DNA of 63,760 nt, counting the filler, from Welwitschia mirabilis (taxonomy: Eukaryota), in NCBI GenBank assembly GCA_051453625.1. It is 6 parts of one record of this genome, joined end to end, with 100 filler letters (N's around TTAATTAATTAA, not from the genome) between each part and the next. Parts side by side here need not be neighbours in the genome. Positions count along the whole stretch, not along the records: positions 5,340 to 13,785 come from JBOZIK010000001.1; positions 13,886 to 19,630 come from JBOZIK010000001.1; positions 19,731 to 50,811 come from JBOZIK010000001.1; 3 more parts are not named here. The stretch is one strand, 5' to 3'. Below the pieces are notes generated by a model, which saw only the letters and a list, made by a program, of their open reading frames with translations, made no database searches and was not told the DNA's origin. This document shows positions 10,955 through 24,227 of the stretch, piece after piece (position 1 is the first letter of the stretch; every line of letters begins with the position of its first letter). The position numbers and the translations under genes were made by a program.

Positions 10955-13785
10955 TAGGTAGAATTAAAAAGTTGGCAATCTCAAAAAAGGAGTCGGGGCA
11001 TTGAGTCGGAGACTAGTTGGCAAAAAAGTTGGCATTAAAAAAGAATTGAAAAAATAATTTTTCTTTGATTTCAACAAAGTAAGACATTAGTGATCATGTT
11101 TTGGATAAATGTGAGCCTTTGCTAATGTGATCAGAAGTTCTAAATGAACATTTTTTAATTGCATTGTGGCACCCAACAATCGAATCTTGAAGCATACAAT
11201 TAAAAATTTGAAACCACAGTTGATATATGATGGTGCGAATGACCAATTTAGAATTTGAACATATTATACATCTAAAACATGTATTAAACCAATGGAAATA
11301 TTAAAACAATAGAACAGAATAGTGCATGATATATTATCTATACATAGAATGAGACATGAAATCATAGTACAAAACCAACATTAAAGGTTTGAATATCTAT
11401 TAATGTCGTAAGGGTTCTTAGAAGAAACCTTGCCAGTTGTCTTGTATATTGGTAGCTTCTTCTGTGGTTGATACACATTAGAAGTGTATAAAAGTCGTAC
11501 ATGTACTAGATTAGCCTCTATTTGAGGCATGCTCAACTCATCTGTACTAAACAAAGGATCATTATCGTCACTACACTCGAAATCAAAAGAGGCATGACTT
11601 GCAATGCCCTCATCAAAGATTACGGTTTGCACTATCATCATCACAAGGAGTAGCAACATGAGGAGTATCAACAGGTGTATCAACATCATGAGAAATAGGT
11701 GTATCAACATTATGAGAAGCATCATTTCTGTCACTCTCTCTAACACATGATGGGTGAATATCATCCAAGTCTATCACATCTGAAGAAGTTGATGCCAATT
11801 CCTTTAGATCAAATCTAAAGTTATGATGCACAAAAACTAGATCATTTAAGCTCTGCGTTGTAAGCTGGTTACGCTTCTTTGAGTGTAGGTGCTCGAAGAT
11901 GCTTCAATTATGCTTACAACCTGTAAAATAAAAGGCAACAACCAATGTCAAAAAATAATAAATAAAATTTGCAAAATGACATAACGAAAAAAAGCATCAT
12001 AAATGTTTTCAAACCAATACCAAATGCACTATATGGCTGTGAAACAATAGTGCCTATCTCTTTCAAATTCATAGTCTCGAAACTATACTTAGACTACCAA
12101 TCCTCTAAACAAATGAACGATTGCATCATTTAGATAATACTTTTAGTCAGAAAATTAGTTATTCATTTTTTAATACAGTAAAAGCAACTTATTTCATTTG
12201 GCTTTAGCTGAGATTTTAATGACTATGCCCCAGGCTTACGAAACAACAAACCCATCTTTCTTTTGTATGTGACCAAGTCTTTTGTCACTTGGTTTTTCTT
12301 ACTTAGATCTGGTACCATTTTATCTAGCACATTGTCAAGTCTCAATCTTCATCGTATTTCGTCTTTTGTAAGATCCAATTCCCTTCCAAATCCAAATTTG
12401 TGGGTTTAATATATGTGCAGCAGCATGCAAATCATTGTGCATTTGATTGTCCCATCTATTTACAATATTAAAAATATAATCAAATTAAAAATTAAGAAGG
12501 CACATAATTAACATTGATTATAAGTAATAAAAATATCAAACTTCAAGTATATGACTTATGTGCTTCTTACATCTCATATATTCTTGTAAAAATGTTTGCA
12601 AATCTATCAAGAAGACTACTTTCTGTAAGATAGGAATGAATGGCCTCCTTTGCCCTTGACATTGCNNNNNNNNNNNNNNNNNNNNNNGGTCTTTCCTTGT
12701 CTACCTTTAGAAAAACAAGCACTTATGATTGGCTGATTTACAAATTGTAAAGATGTAGATAAGTGAACATGACATTTGAATTTGCAAATCAAAAAATCAG
12801 TGGTGATGTATTTCAGTATCTGTGAATATAAAAACAATGATCCTTACCTATATGACATTTTTCATCTCAAACCAAAATTTGCTTGGACGATTAGCACAAA
12901 CAAAAATAATGTCCGTTGTACGAGTAACCTCAAAGGTACGACGAGTGAAGCAAATCTCTTATCATTACTCTATAATGAATTACAAACATCTCCATTAATG
13001 ATTGCTTCACTTCTTGCATGCTATCTAACAATATAAAATTTGTCACAAACCTTGTGTGACTAGGCCTAAGAAGTTCCTTACCATTAGAGTGCTCACAAAA
13101 AGATGATAAACATGGGAGGGGGTGTACACAAGTTTTGATACAAATTTTGCCTTTTGCACCACCTAAACAATAATAAATGATAATTTTTCAATCTTCAAGT
13201 CATATTTCATATTTCCATTATGAATTACATTAAAAAAAATATCCAATGTATTCTATCACTGCATTTTAATATTAGAAATATTTAGTTAATTACCTTCCTA
13301 ATCCAAGGCAATTTTCCAAAGTCTTCAAGAGGAAGATCAATGCAGTGTGCTGCGCAAGGAGTCCAATATAAATGTGGATAATGATCCATCAGTAATCTAT
13401 TTGTTGCCTTACAGGCAGACCCATTATCTGTAACAACCTACACAATACAAAATAAATAAGGCTAAGTACAAAGCTACAACTTTGTTTTTAGAAGGAGAGA
13501 ACAAGTTTAATTCAATTAAATAGAAACTATTTACCTGGACGATCTTGTTAGGTCCTTTTTCTGCAATCCCTTTTTTAAACTCATCAAATAGTAACTTAGC
13601 ATTTCTTATGTTGTTTGATGCATTGATAGATTTCGAAAACATTGCTCTTGAAGTTGATGCTACCAAAAACTTGACGAGATTTCTATCCAGTCGATCACTC
13701 TAACCATTTGTGAGAATGCTACATCTAGGTTTATTCTAAATGTCTTTATGTTGGGTCATCATGTCCTCAATATCATATTTGACAT
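10955..13785 (-). mobile_element. Degenerate hAT-superfamily transposon (DUF659 + hAT dimerisation domain), multi-intron transposase pseudogene, 5' part lost at a scaffold join
   Basis: CSILTNG*SDR..KFLV..MFSKSINAS, IVQ/VVTDNGSACK, YPHLYWTPCAAHCIDL.LEDFGK, KELLRPSHTRFVTNF, RWDNQMHNDLHAAAHILNP, SQPYSAF/GCKHN*SIFEHLHSKKRNQL..LNDLVFVHHN; subterminal gagtcgg/gactagttgg motifs near 10970-11035. Confidence 0.92.
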
Positions 13786-13885
13786 NNNNNNNNNNNNNNN
13801 NNNNNNNNNNNNNNNNNNNNNNNNNNNNNTTAATTAATTAANNNNNNNNNNNNNNNNNNNNNNNNNNNNNNNNNNNNNNNNNNNN
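13786..13885. other. Artificial scaffold spacer N44-TTAATTAATTAA-N44
   Basis: 12-mer at 13830-13841 with 44 N on each side. Confidence 0.95.
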
Positions 13886-13899
13886 ACTCACACTTGTTC

Positions 13900-16600
13900 T
13901 TTAATTTGACTAAAGGGAGAATTACGTCTAGTATTATTTTGAGCTTATAACATTATGGTAGCTTAATTATTGATACTCTCGTGAGTCTAGAAATTGTTCA
14001 TGAACTTATCAAAATCCATTTGGCCCAAAATAAAATTAGAAGTGAAGCATTGGAGGCTATTATCAATCACATCCCAACCTTAAACGTTGATATCTTTGAA
14101 GAAGATTACATGCTTTCTTTGGAAGAATTGACATGAGCTTTGCATGGTATGGACAGGAAGAAGGCTCTTGGCCATGACTGGCTTCTTGCATAATTCTAGC
14201 AAGTCATGGGAGAGCACATAAAATTTGATGCCTCATAGTTTTATCGACAAGCTTTATGCTTAAGGTCGCTTACACTTGTCGTAGTGATGCCATTAAGTTT
14301 CTTTCCAAAATGACAATGATTGGTCATTAATCACCGATGCCCTAATTGTTATCGATGATATCTTACAAAATAATAGCTAAAGATATTGCCATTAAACTAG
14401 TTTTATGGTAGGTAGATAAAGAAAACTAGATCAATGCATTATTGATATTGACCAAACATCTAGGTATAGGTTGAATCATCCAAATCCTACATGAAGGCAT
14501 AGAGTTCTACTCTTATGTGTTTTTCAGACCTCTTTCTTAACTAGAGATTTGATCAATCATTAGAAGAACTCCCATAAAAGAGAAACAAATGAAAGTCTTT
14601 CGCAAGGTAATATTCAAGAAAAAGATGAAGGTCTCAACTTGTACATGTAAGTCAGGGATTGATAGTTTCTAGCATTCTCCAAAACGATTTGATGAATAAT
14701 CAATCTTGATCTAAGAATTCTTTTCTAATTAGGATAGGTTGCAGGCTTCCTGGCTAAATACTAAATGCTGTCAATTATGTCATTAAGGTAGTTGAAGCAA
14801 TAAAGCAGGCTTGAGACATGGGAAGCTCCATATTCTTCCTCAAGATGGATTTTGCGAAGATGTACAATGAGAACAAGGAACATATCTTAGAGTAGTAATT
14901 CAAAAGATGAATTTTGTGGTTTCCTTCATCAAACATGTCAATCTCCTTCTCCCAACACTTCTGCCCAAGCCTTAGTTAATGGTAGTTTTTTGGATCCCTT
15001 TACTCTACACAAGGTGTCCATTAAGGTTGGCCTTTGGTGCCTTATTTGTCTATCATTGTTGTTGTTGGATGCACTCAACTTTTAAAGGGTAGAGCCACTA
15101 GTGGCTACATTTAGGGCATTAGTATATCTAGTATTGACCTTGATCTTATTAGTTAGTGTACTAAAAATTCTTTTGTAATGCTTCTAGATTCAGAAGACAA
15201 TGGTTGGTTGGCATTAGAGGCTATTGTTATGCATTGTCAAAGTTTTGGAGTGGCTCTTAACTAGGAAAATCTTGTGGCCTACATAACTTCAGAAGGTGAC
15301 CTCCATGTTTTGGCTACAACCATGCGTTAAAATGGGAAAGGACCTACAATCCCCTTTGTCAGTTCATCTACTATTATTGATCTTTGTCGACATATGACTC
15401 TATAAAATTGTCGCTCAGATAGACAGATGCTTTGAGCAAAACTTCACTCTACTTGTTAGAGTTGTCATTATCAAACATACTATTCCAGTGATACCCATTT
15501 ATCAAGTAGTAGCCTTGCCCCCATCTGAAATAGTAGTTTTGGCGATTGAGGGATGCTGTAAAACTTTCTTATGGTTAGGATAAGTTGGAATAAAAATTTC
15601 CACATGGTAGCATGGAAAGAATGTAAACATTAGAAAGAAACTGGAAGACCAAGTACTCCGAAGTTTTTTACAAAAGGGGAGGTGCTATCAATTANNNNNN
15701 NNNNNNNNNNNNNNNNNNNNNNNNNNNNNNNNNNNNNNNNNNNNNNNNNNNNNNNNNNNNNNNNNNNNNNNNNNNNNNNNNNNNNNNNNTACAATGGGGA
15801 TATTGGGCTATTTTCCACAATAATAGACAAAATTAGAAGCCTAGTTGTCTTGCACCAAATTTGGAAACATTGGAGCATGGTGTTTAGCAAGCTCAAGTGA
15901 AACCCAACTCACGCCTCAGATCTTTTATGAACTGATATTCCATTTTTGTGGCTTCCTTAATTACTTTTGAATCATTATAGTAATATGATCCTTTTGAATC
16001 TTCAAAGTAAGGGTTTTGACTTTCTCTTTGTTTGCTTAGATGACAATTGTTAACCTTGGTGTTATAGAGATCCAATATAATAGTTTAAACATTAGCATGT
16101 CAAGATAGAATTATCAAGGGTATTCTTGAAGTAGTTCATGACCTTCTCTGAGTTAGACACACCTCCTTACCTTGGCACAAGTGTTGGACAGTGGCTGATG
16201 GCTTTAGTTGTGAAAGATTTTTGTGCTTTTACTAGAAAAAAATAACAAACATTATAGTCTTTAAGCTACAAAGATTGCCACCCTTTGGAAAGCCGAGGAG
16301 AATCAAATTAGATAGGATTCCTTTATCATACTTTAGAAGCTTACTCTCCACCATAAAATACTGATGGTCTTTTGATGCATTGTTTGTCAGAGTCTCCCTA
16401 TTGTTAAGCAATAGAGTAAAATTGGAGTGTTAAATCCTAGATGTCATATGCAAGCTAACATGTTGCAGTTGTTGTAGCCTAATTCCATTGTTTGGCCTAC
16501 AAAATAGCCCCCAAAACTTAGTTATGCAAAAAATAGCTTTACTAATTAAGACCAAATTTCCTACTTGGAAAATCCAAGAATTGATACCTTAGGATTATAG
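13900..16600 (+). mobile_element. Degenerate L1-clade LINE, RT region
   Basis: LEELT*ALHGMDRKKALGHD (KAPGPDG), FLKMDFAKMY (LKLDFEKAYD), QGVH*GWPLVPYL (RQGCPLSPYLF), HMVAWKEC...G (HLVAW..GGLG); end approximate. Confidence 0.8.
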
Positions 16601-16836
16601 ACTTTAATAACTAATAAACCTAAGTTTCTAATGACTTAAATTATTTATTTTATTTTTGCCAAAGGATGCTTCTACACTTTGCTTCTCCACTTAAGGTTGA
16701 ACTACCACCTCAATAGTATTGCTCTCCTACACTGTATCCTAACCACATGTAATTGTTTTCCACTAGCCAAATTGCATCTTTCCTTATTGTCTTGACCTTG
16801 AGTATTTTTTATAGTGCTTCCACCTTATAGAATTTT

Positions 16837-19630
16837 GTTCAAAATCAAATGAGCAAGAACACGAGCAAAATCTTTCCCAAAATGAAAATCTCTCTTTACA
16901 ATTACACTCGAGAGCTTGCTTTTAAAGTAAGCACACCATTAGGGTTTCAGTAGGGTCTTCACGTTCCTTTAGGGGTGTGACTATGATGCACATTATAAGA
17001 TTTAGGAATTTCCCACTTAGCAGCAGAGTACCTAGAGGAAAACCTTTGGAATATGGCACACAATAAAGCCTCCTTAAAGGGGTTGTCATGTGAGGAACTA
17101 CTTTGTTAAAGAAGTAGTTAATTTTTTGCTATAGATTCCATAACAGACAAGACTATCATGTGCATTACACACCCCGTAATGCTAGGACAAAATGTACTAC
17201 ACATTACGTGGTATTAGGCCAAAATTGTACTATACATTTCGTAGTACTAGAATCAAGAGCGACTTCGAATAGAGACCTAAAGTCAAATGAAGCCCATAAT
17301 GTGTGAGAGAAAAAATGAATTAAAATTAACTCATTGTCAAGCCAATTTTGGATTTGAAGTGTTGGAACTTCTTTTGACCAAATGGTTTTATAAGGATATC
17401 AACAAATTTCTCTATGGTCAGACAATATTTAAGCATAATAACTTAATTTTGTATGAGTTCCTAATTTTGTAAACTTTAATATGAAAGTGTTTTATCTTGT
17501 CATGATGCACTGGATCTTTTGCTATGCAAATTACTGACTACTTATCAATGAAGAACTTTGTTGCTTTAGTCTGTTTTAAGTTCACTGCTTCTAACAATTT
17601 TCTTAGCCATTCGATTTCTCTACATGCCTCAGAAGTAATTGTATATTCTATGTTAGCAAAAGATGACATTATACTTTGCTAATGCTTTGATAGCCAAGAT
17701 AGAGGTGATGTCCCTAAGAACTTGATACACCCTGTGGTTAACAATGAAGTATCAGTTTCTTCAACGAAATCAAAATTAAAGTATGCCTTTAGATGAATTA
17801 AAAGTTTTTTTTAATAGGTTAGACCTAAATATTTTGTTTTCTTTAGGTATCTTTGTAATCTCTTTGTAGTGTTCAGATGAGTAACGTTATGTGCCTGAAG
17901 ATATCATGATAGTACCCGAGCATGTGATATGTCTAGCCTAGTCTTGTTACGCAAATTAGAATTCCTACTATTCTTTTTTGTTTAGTTTTATTTGTAGATT
18001 CTGTGTGTTCATCAGTTGGCGTCTTGACATTTTTCTCCAAAGGTGTTACAACTTCTTTTACATTTTTAGTCCAAACTTTTGGATTATATCTCTTATATAC
18101 TCTTATGTTAGGAATATTTCATCATTTTTTTGAAGAATTTCTACACCTCAATAGGATCTGGTTAATTCTAGATCAGAAATCTTGAATGCCTTACTAAAAG
18201 CAATTTTTGTTCTTTTTATGCCTTCTTCATTAGTTTTGGTTATCAGTATATCATCTCTATACATCATTATATATGTACATTTGCACCCATCTAATTTTAT
18301 GAATAATGTGGCATCCACATCTTGATAATTATATAATTTGAATTTAAGGAAACTTAAATAATTTGCAAGCATGTATACAACACTCTTGGTTCTTGTTTTA
18401 ACCCATATAGAGCCTTGATCAATCTACACACCTTATATTCTTTGACTTTTACTTTNNNNNNNNNNNNNNNNNTCATGTAAATTTTTTCTTTTAAATCTCC
18501 ATGGAGAAAGGCTTCTTATGTCTAATTGATAAAGCTTCCATTCTCTTTATGTTGCAAAGGCAATCACTATTTCAATGGTAGCCCATTTTGCTATTGATGC
18601 AAGGACTTCATTGTAATCAAGTCCTTTCTTCTATCGTAGGCTTATACCAATAAGCCCAACCTTCTATCGCTCAACGTTGTTGTTCGCATTATTTTTGTTG
18701 TAGAAAACCTATTTGTTAGGCAATGCTATGGGCCTTAATGGAAGGTCTACCAACTCCTAGGAACCATTTTCAACAAGACTGTCGTATTCTTCTTGCATGG
18801 TTTTTATACAATGATCATGTTGAATGAGATTCTCAAACAAGGTTGGCCCACCATCAAAGGTTAAGTGGAGCTCATCATCATCATCATGGTACATATGTGA
18901 GTCATGTTTAGTGTCAATGTTACTATTTTCATTGTTACAAGCATCTTAAAGAGTAGACTGTAGCCAAGTACTTCGATGTATTTTTTGAGTAGTATCAGTT
19001 TCTTCAGTTAGAGAACTTGTTGGATTGCTATTGGAACTATAATCAAATGTGTTAGAAGTACTAAATTTCTCAATTCCTATAGGTTGCAAAGCGGACATAC
19101 CTGTAAAAGGAATTAAAGCATTACTGGTGACTACATCTCTCCCCTCAACCATAGGACATTGTATTCATTGTGGTCACTAGGTTAGAGGAAGGATGAAGCT
19201 TTGAAGGATCAAGTCGAGAATTATTATTTGAAGGATTTTACTGAGAATCATTATTCAAAGTCTTTATGAAGATGACATCACGAGAACAATGATCATATGA
19301 TGCTTTGGAAGATACGTTCGATAATCCTTTGGTCCAATTGGATATCCCACAAAGATGTCAATGCAAGCATGTGCCCAAATTTATCATGATATTTGCTTGG
19401 GATGTGGATGTAGAATTTGCAATTAAATATATGAAAATGGTGCAATTTTGGTTTATACCTTTACTACGTTTTAGCTAGAGATCTTTCTTTTTCAATACAT
19501 TGACTAATACAATTATTGAGATGTACTGTTATGTTCACTGCTTCACCCTAAAGATAGATCTTATAACCACTGAAATATATTATGGAATTTGCCAGATCCA
19601 TATAGTGCGATTAAATCGCTTGACAATGCC
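16837..19630 (-). mobile_element. Degenerate Ty1/Copia pol (integrase C-terminus, RT, RNase H) with probable short 3' LTR near 16837-17065
   Basis: Minus strand: GIVKRFNRTI, GEAVNITVHLNN, LIKALYGLKQEPR, MYRDDILIT (YVDD), IDK*SVICIAKDPVHHDKIKHFHIK, FVDILIKP; LTR limits are tentative. Confidence 0.85.
17156..17256. repeat. Three degenerate ~33-bp tandem units
   Basis: tgtgcattacacaccccgtaatgctaggacaaa / tgtactacacattacgtggtattaggccaaaa / tgtactatacatttcgtagtactagaatcaa. Confidence 0.55.
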
Positions 19631-19730
19631 NNNNNNNNNNNNNNNNNNNNNNNNNNNNNNNNNNNNNNNNNNNNTTAATTAATTAANNNNNNNNNNNNNN
19701 NNNNNNNNNNNNNNNNNNNNNNNNNNNNNN
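19631..19730. other. Artificial scaffold spacer N44-TTAATTAATTAA-N44
   Basis: 12-mer at 19675-19686 with 44 N on each side. Confidence 0.95.
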
Positions 19731-22700
19731 CTTATGAACATTTTATCATAGCTATTCATTCTAGTCCTATTGATGAATTTCATAAAAAAGAGCTAGTCAA
19801 TTATTTCTACAGTAGATTAAATGCTCAAACTAAACAACGTATAGACTTTTCTTGTGGAGATAATGTATTGAACTTAGTCTTAGAAGAAGCATGGAATATG
19901 TTCAAAAACCTTGTAGAAATAAGTCAAACTTGACCTAACTTCATAAAGAAAATTAAACTATAGGCCAAATATTGAAAGATTAAAGGAAGTTAAGCATGAC
20001 AAGGAAGAAGAAAGGGAGGATTCAACCAACTCGATGAAAGATTTCACTACCACTTTAGAGAAGTATAATAGTTGATGCAAAAGTACTAAAGAATGAAGAC
20101 TTAACTTGAAAATGTAGAATTTATGAAGATAACTCTCATCCAACTAAAGAGTGCCCCTTGTTACCAACTTGTATGCAGAGGATGTTTGAGGAAGTCTATG
20201 CATTCAATCAAAGAACACATAAGTTTAAAAACCAACCATAATTTTAATAAAAATTAGGTTGGAAATCACAATGAAAAACTTTTGAAAATAGATTCATAAA
20301 TTCAAACTTCCAACCAAATAACTTTAAGTTCCAACAAAATTAAAATGATCCAATTAGAGAATCTATACAAGAAATGAAAAAGGTACAAGTAAAAGCTAAT
20401 AGCAACATTGAAAACTTAGTGAATATGCTCCAACAAATAATGCTTGTTAATCAAAGGCCATAATGGTCTCTTTCATCTCAATCTTTTCCCAATTCAAATG
20501 AAGTCAAGAAAGATTTGAAGGCAGTAATATGAAGTGGAAATGATACAACACCTCCTACCCATGAGGTTTCAACTTCTAAAAATAATGAAATGAATAAAGA
20601 AGATGATGTAAAAATTTTGGATTCATACAAGTTTCCATCAACATCATCAACTAAAACCTCCACTAAAAATTCTTCACAAAAAAAGAGAGAAGAAATCATT
20701 CACTTCTTGGCTTGATTAATTAAATACAAATCCTACCTTTGATGAACACTTGAAAACTTTAAAGCAAGAGGTAAACATCAACTTACCTTTTTGGAAACTC
20801 TTGCAAGAAAATCCTAAATATTCTAAGTTGTGGAAGGACTTAGTAAGAAGAAAACAGAGATGTATCATTCCTAACAAAGTGTTTTTTGCTCAATATCATT
20901 CCAACTTAGTCATGAAAAGTGTTCTAAATTTAAAGATCCTAAAGCTGCAACTGTGAGTGTTATCTTAAAAGGAAAAAAAAGAATTCAAAAAGATTTAATT
21001 GACATAGGAGCAAGTGTAAGCATCATACCTCTCCACATATGTAAGAGACTTGGATTAGAAAACAAAATAGAACTGACATGAATTATCTTAGAATTGGTAA
21101 TAATTTAATCAAAAAATCGTTAGGAATAATCAAAGACATAGTCATATAAATTGAGAAAGCATTTTATCCATAGATGTCATCATTGAGATAGAACACAATG
21201 GAGGTTATCCACTCTTAGGAAGAGCCTTTTGTACAACTTCCCATTGTATCATTAACACATGATCCAGGATGATAGGATGTAATTTGGCAATAAATAATTT
21301 GCCATTTGAGTTTTTGATGCTACTAAAAATAACACAGGAAATGAGTTTAACTTAAAAGATGAACTAAAACCAACCTTATTTTTACAACATCGACCAATTG
21401 AGAAAAGGTTGTTCATGTTACATGGACCAATTATATATGATAACCTAACTAAAACACATTATCTTAAGTCTAGGGATGAAGAAAATACCAACTAGGAAAG
21501 AGATCAACATATTTAATTAATAGAAAAACGTTTTATAGAGTATCATCCCATGTCTGTCTTTCCCGCGACAAACAGGATGATAGATGAAAATCTCAACCTT
21601 GAACTTAAGAAATTATTCCAAGGTTCAAAATATATTTTTCTATCTAAAAATAAAACAAAACCCCTGATAATAAGTGACCTTCTTATTTCTTAATAATAAT
21701 CAAACTTGATCTCACTCTTAACTTCAAAAGAAAATGCCTTCGCTTAGACACATAAAGACTTAGTTGTCATTCCTCTTTCCATAGTTCAACACAAGATTTA
21801 CTTTAAAGATAATGCTAAACCTATTAGATAACCCTAACGGAGGATTAACCTGGCCCTTAAACAAATTCTCAAAGATGAAATCATTAAACTTATGGATGTC
21901 AGAATCATATATGTCATATCCGATAGTGATTGGAGTAGTCCTTTAATAGTAGTTCTAAAGAAAGGGGAAACGAAGAATGTGCTTTGATTTTAAAAAATCT
22001 AATAATGTTACTAGAAAGAATCATTACTATTTACTCCTTTTTAATTAAGTACTTGATAGAATCTAAGATCTTGCCTACTACTTTTTTCTTGATGGGTATA
22101 GTAGTTATAATTAAATTTGTATAGCAAGTGAAGGCCAAGCTAAAACAACTTTTACATCACTCTTTGGAACCTTTGCTTTTAGACAAATGTCCTTTATACT
22201 TTGTAATGCCTCTCAAACCTTTCAATGAGTTATGATGAGGATCTTTTCTAATATGATAGAGGACTCCATTGAAATCTTTATGAATGACTTCTCCATTTTT
22301 TATAATACTTTTAAACAGACTATAAAGAAATTAGAGAAAGTTTTGAATCGATGTATAGAGAGTGGCTTACATTTAAGTTGAGAAAAGATTTTTCTCCTTT
22401 TTAATCATGGAATTATTTTAGGACATCACATTTCAAAAGAAGGGATTAAGATGAACTCCACAAAAGTTGATATCATTAAAAAACTTAGTCCTCCAACTAA
22501 TATCAGGTAAGTTAGATTGTTTCTTAGTTATGCTAGTTTCTATCAACATTTTATTTATGATTATGCTAGAATTTATAAGTCAATTCATTCATTACTTGAA
22601 AAAGATGCTAAATTCAGTTGGAATGATCCATCTTAACTTGCATTTGAAAATCTTAAAGAAAATATTTATTCTAGACCTATTGTAATGCATCTTGATTAGA

Positions 22701-24227
22701 GTAAGGATTTTAAACTTATGTGTGACATAAGCAACATTACTATGGGTGGGATTCTTGGGCAAAAATATGAAAATGATTTTAAAGGTATATCTTCTCTTAG
22801 TAAAACTTTGTTCAAAACCCAATACAACTACGCTACTACTAAGAGAGAAAGGATTGCCATCATCTTTTGTCTTGATCACCTTTGACATTATCTTCTTAAC
22901 TTTTACATCAATGTTTACATAGCTCATGTAGCCATCCACTATCTTATGACTAAAAATACTCTAGTACCAGACTTATTAGGTGGATCCTTCTCATGTAAGA
23001 ATTCAATCTCACCATCATTCATAAGGTTGAAAAACATAATAGTGTTTCCAATCATCTATCACAACTTTCTTGCTCTCATAATGAACTTCCCATAACTGAT
23101 TCTTTTACAAATGAACAACTCCTTATGATTAAGCAACTCTATGCTATCTCTTCTACTCATCTTGCTTCTTGGTATGTTAATATTATGAACTATATTATTA
23201 CTATGAAAACTCTTCAGTGTTGAAACCATAACCAATGTAAATCTTTTCTCTATAGGATCGGTGACTATGAGTGGAATGAACTACATCTTTATAGACATTG
23301 AAAGGATTAAATCATGCATAAGTATGTAACTGAGTGAGAAAGCTTAGAAATCATAAAACTTTATCATGGTGGGATATGTGGGGGATACTTTAGTGTTCAA
23401 AAGACTACCATGAAAATTCTTCACTCTGGTTTTTATTGGCCTACTCTTTTTAATGATTCATATGACTTTGCTAGAAGGTGTGATGCATGTCAACATTATG
23501 GTAGCCTAACTTGTTTTTAAGATATGTCCATTAAACCTATACTTGAATGTGAACCTTTTAATTAATTAGGAATTAACTTTATAGGCCAATTACACCACCT
23601 TTTATGATAAAAATTATATCCTTATAGCAGCTAATTATGTTACTAAGTGGGTGGAAGTTGTTTTTACTACCAAAAATGATGCTTGAACCATTTGCAATTT
23701 TGTTCAAACTAATATCTTTTAATGTTTTTATTTTTCATGAATTATCATTAGCAATCAAGGAACTTATTTCATTAACTATCGTTTTTAAAAACTTTTTTTA
23801 TGCATTAGTGTTGAACATAGAATTGTGTGTGCTTATCATTCTCAAACTAATGGTTAAGCTAAAAAAATGAATAGAGAAATTAAAAATATTCTCCAAAATT
23901 AGTCTCTGTCAATAAGAAAACATAATCATCTAAACTTAATGTTATTCTTTGAGCCTACCATATAACTTGGCATAACTCTCTAGGTTTTTACCATATGAAC
24001 TTGTGTAAGGAAAAGTTTATTATTTTTTAGTTGATGTTTAATATAATTCTTATCGATTCACCTATTAACTTAACCTTGTAAATTTGAATGAAAATCTTAG
24101 AACTTGATTAGCCCAACTTGACCATTTAGATGAAAAATGTACTAATATCATATCTTATCAACTCATTTATAAATCCAAGTCAAGTTCAGACATGATAAAA
24201 AAAATATTCCTAAGTAGTTTAAGCTTA

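Noticed and set aside
17156..17256. CRISPR-like array (also considered for 59075-59225)
   Set aside because: Eukaryotic TE context, degenerate tandem units without unique spacers and no cas genes.
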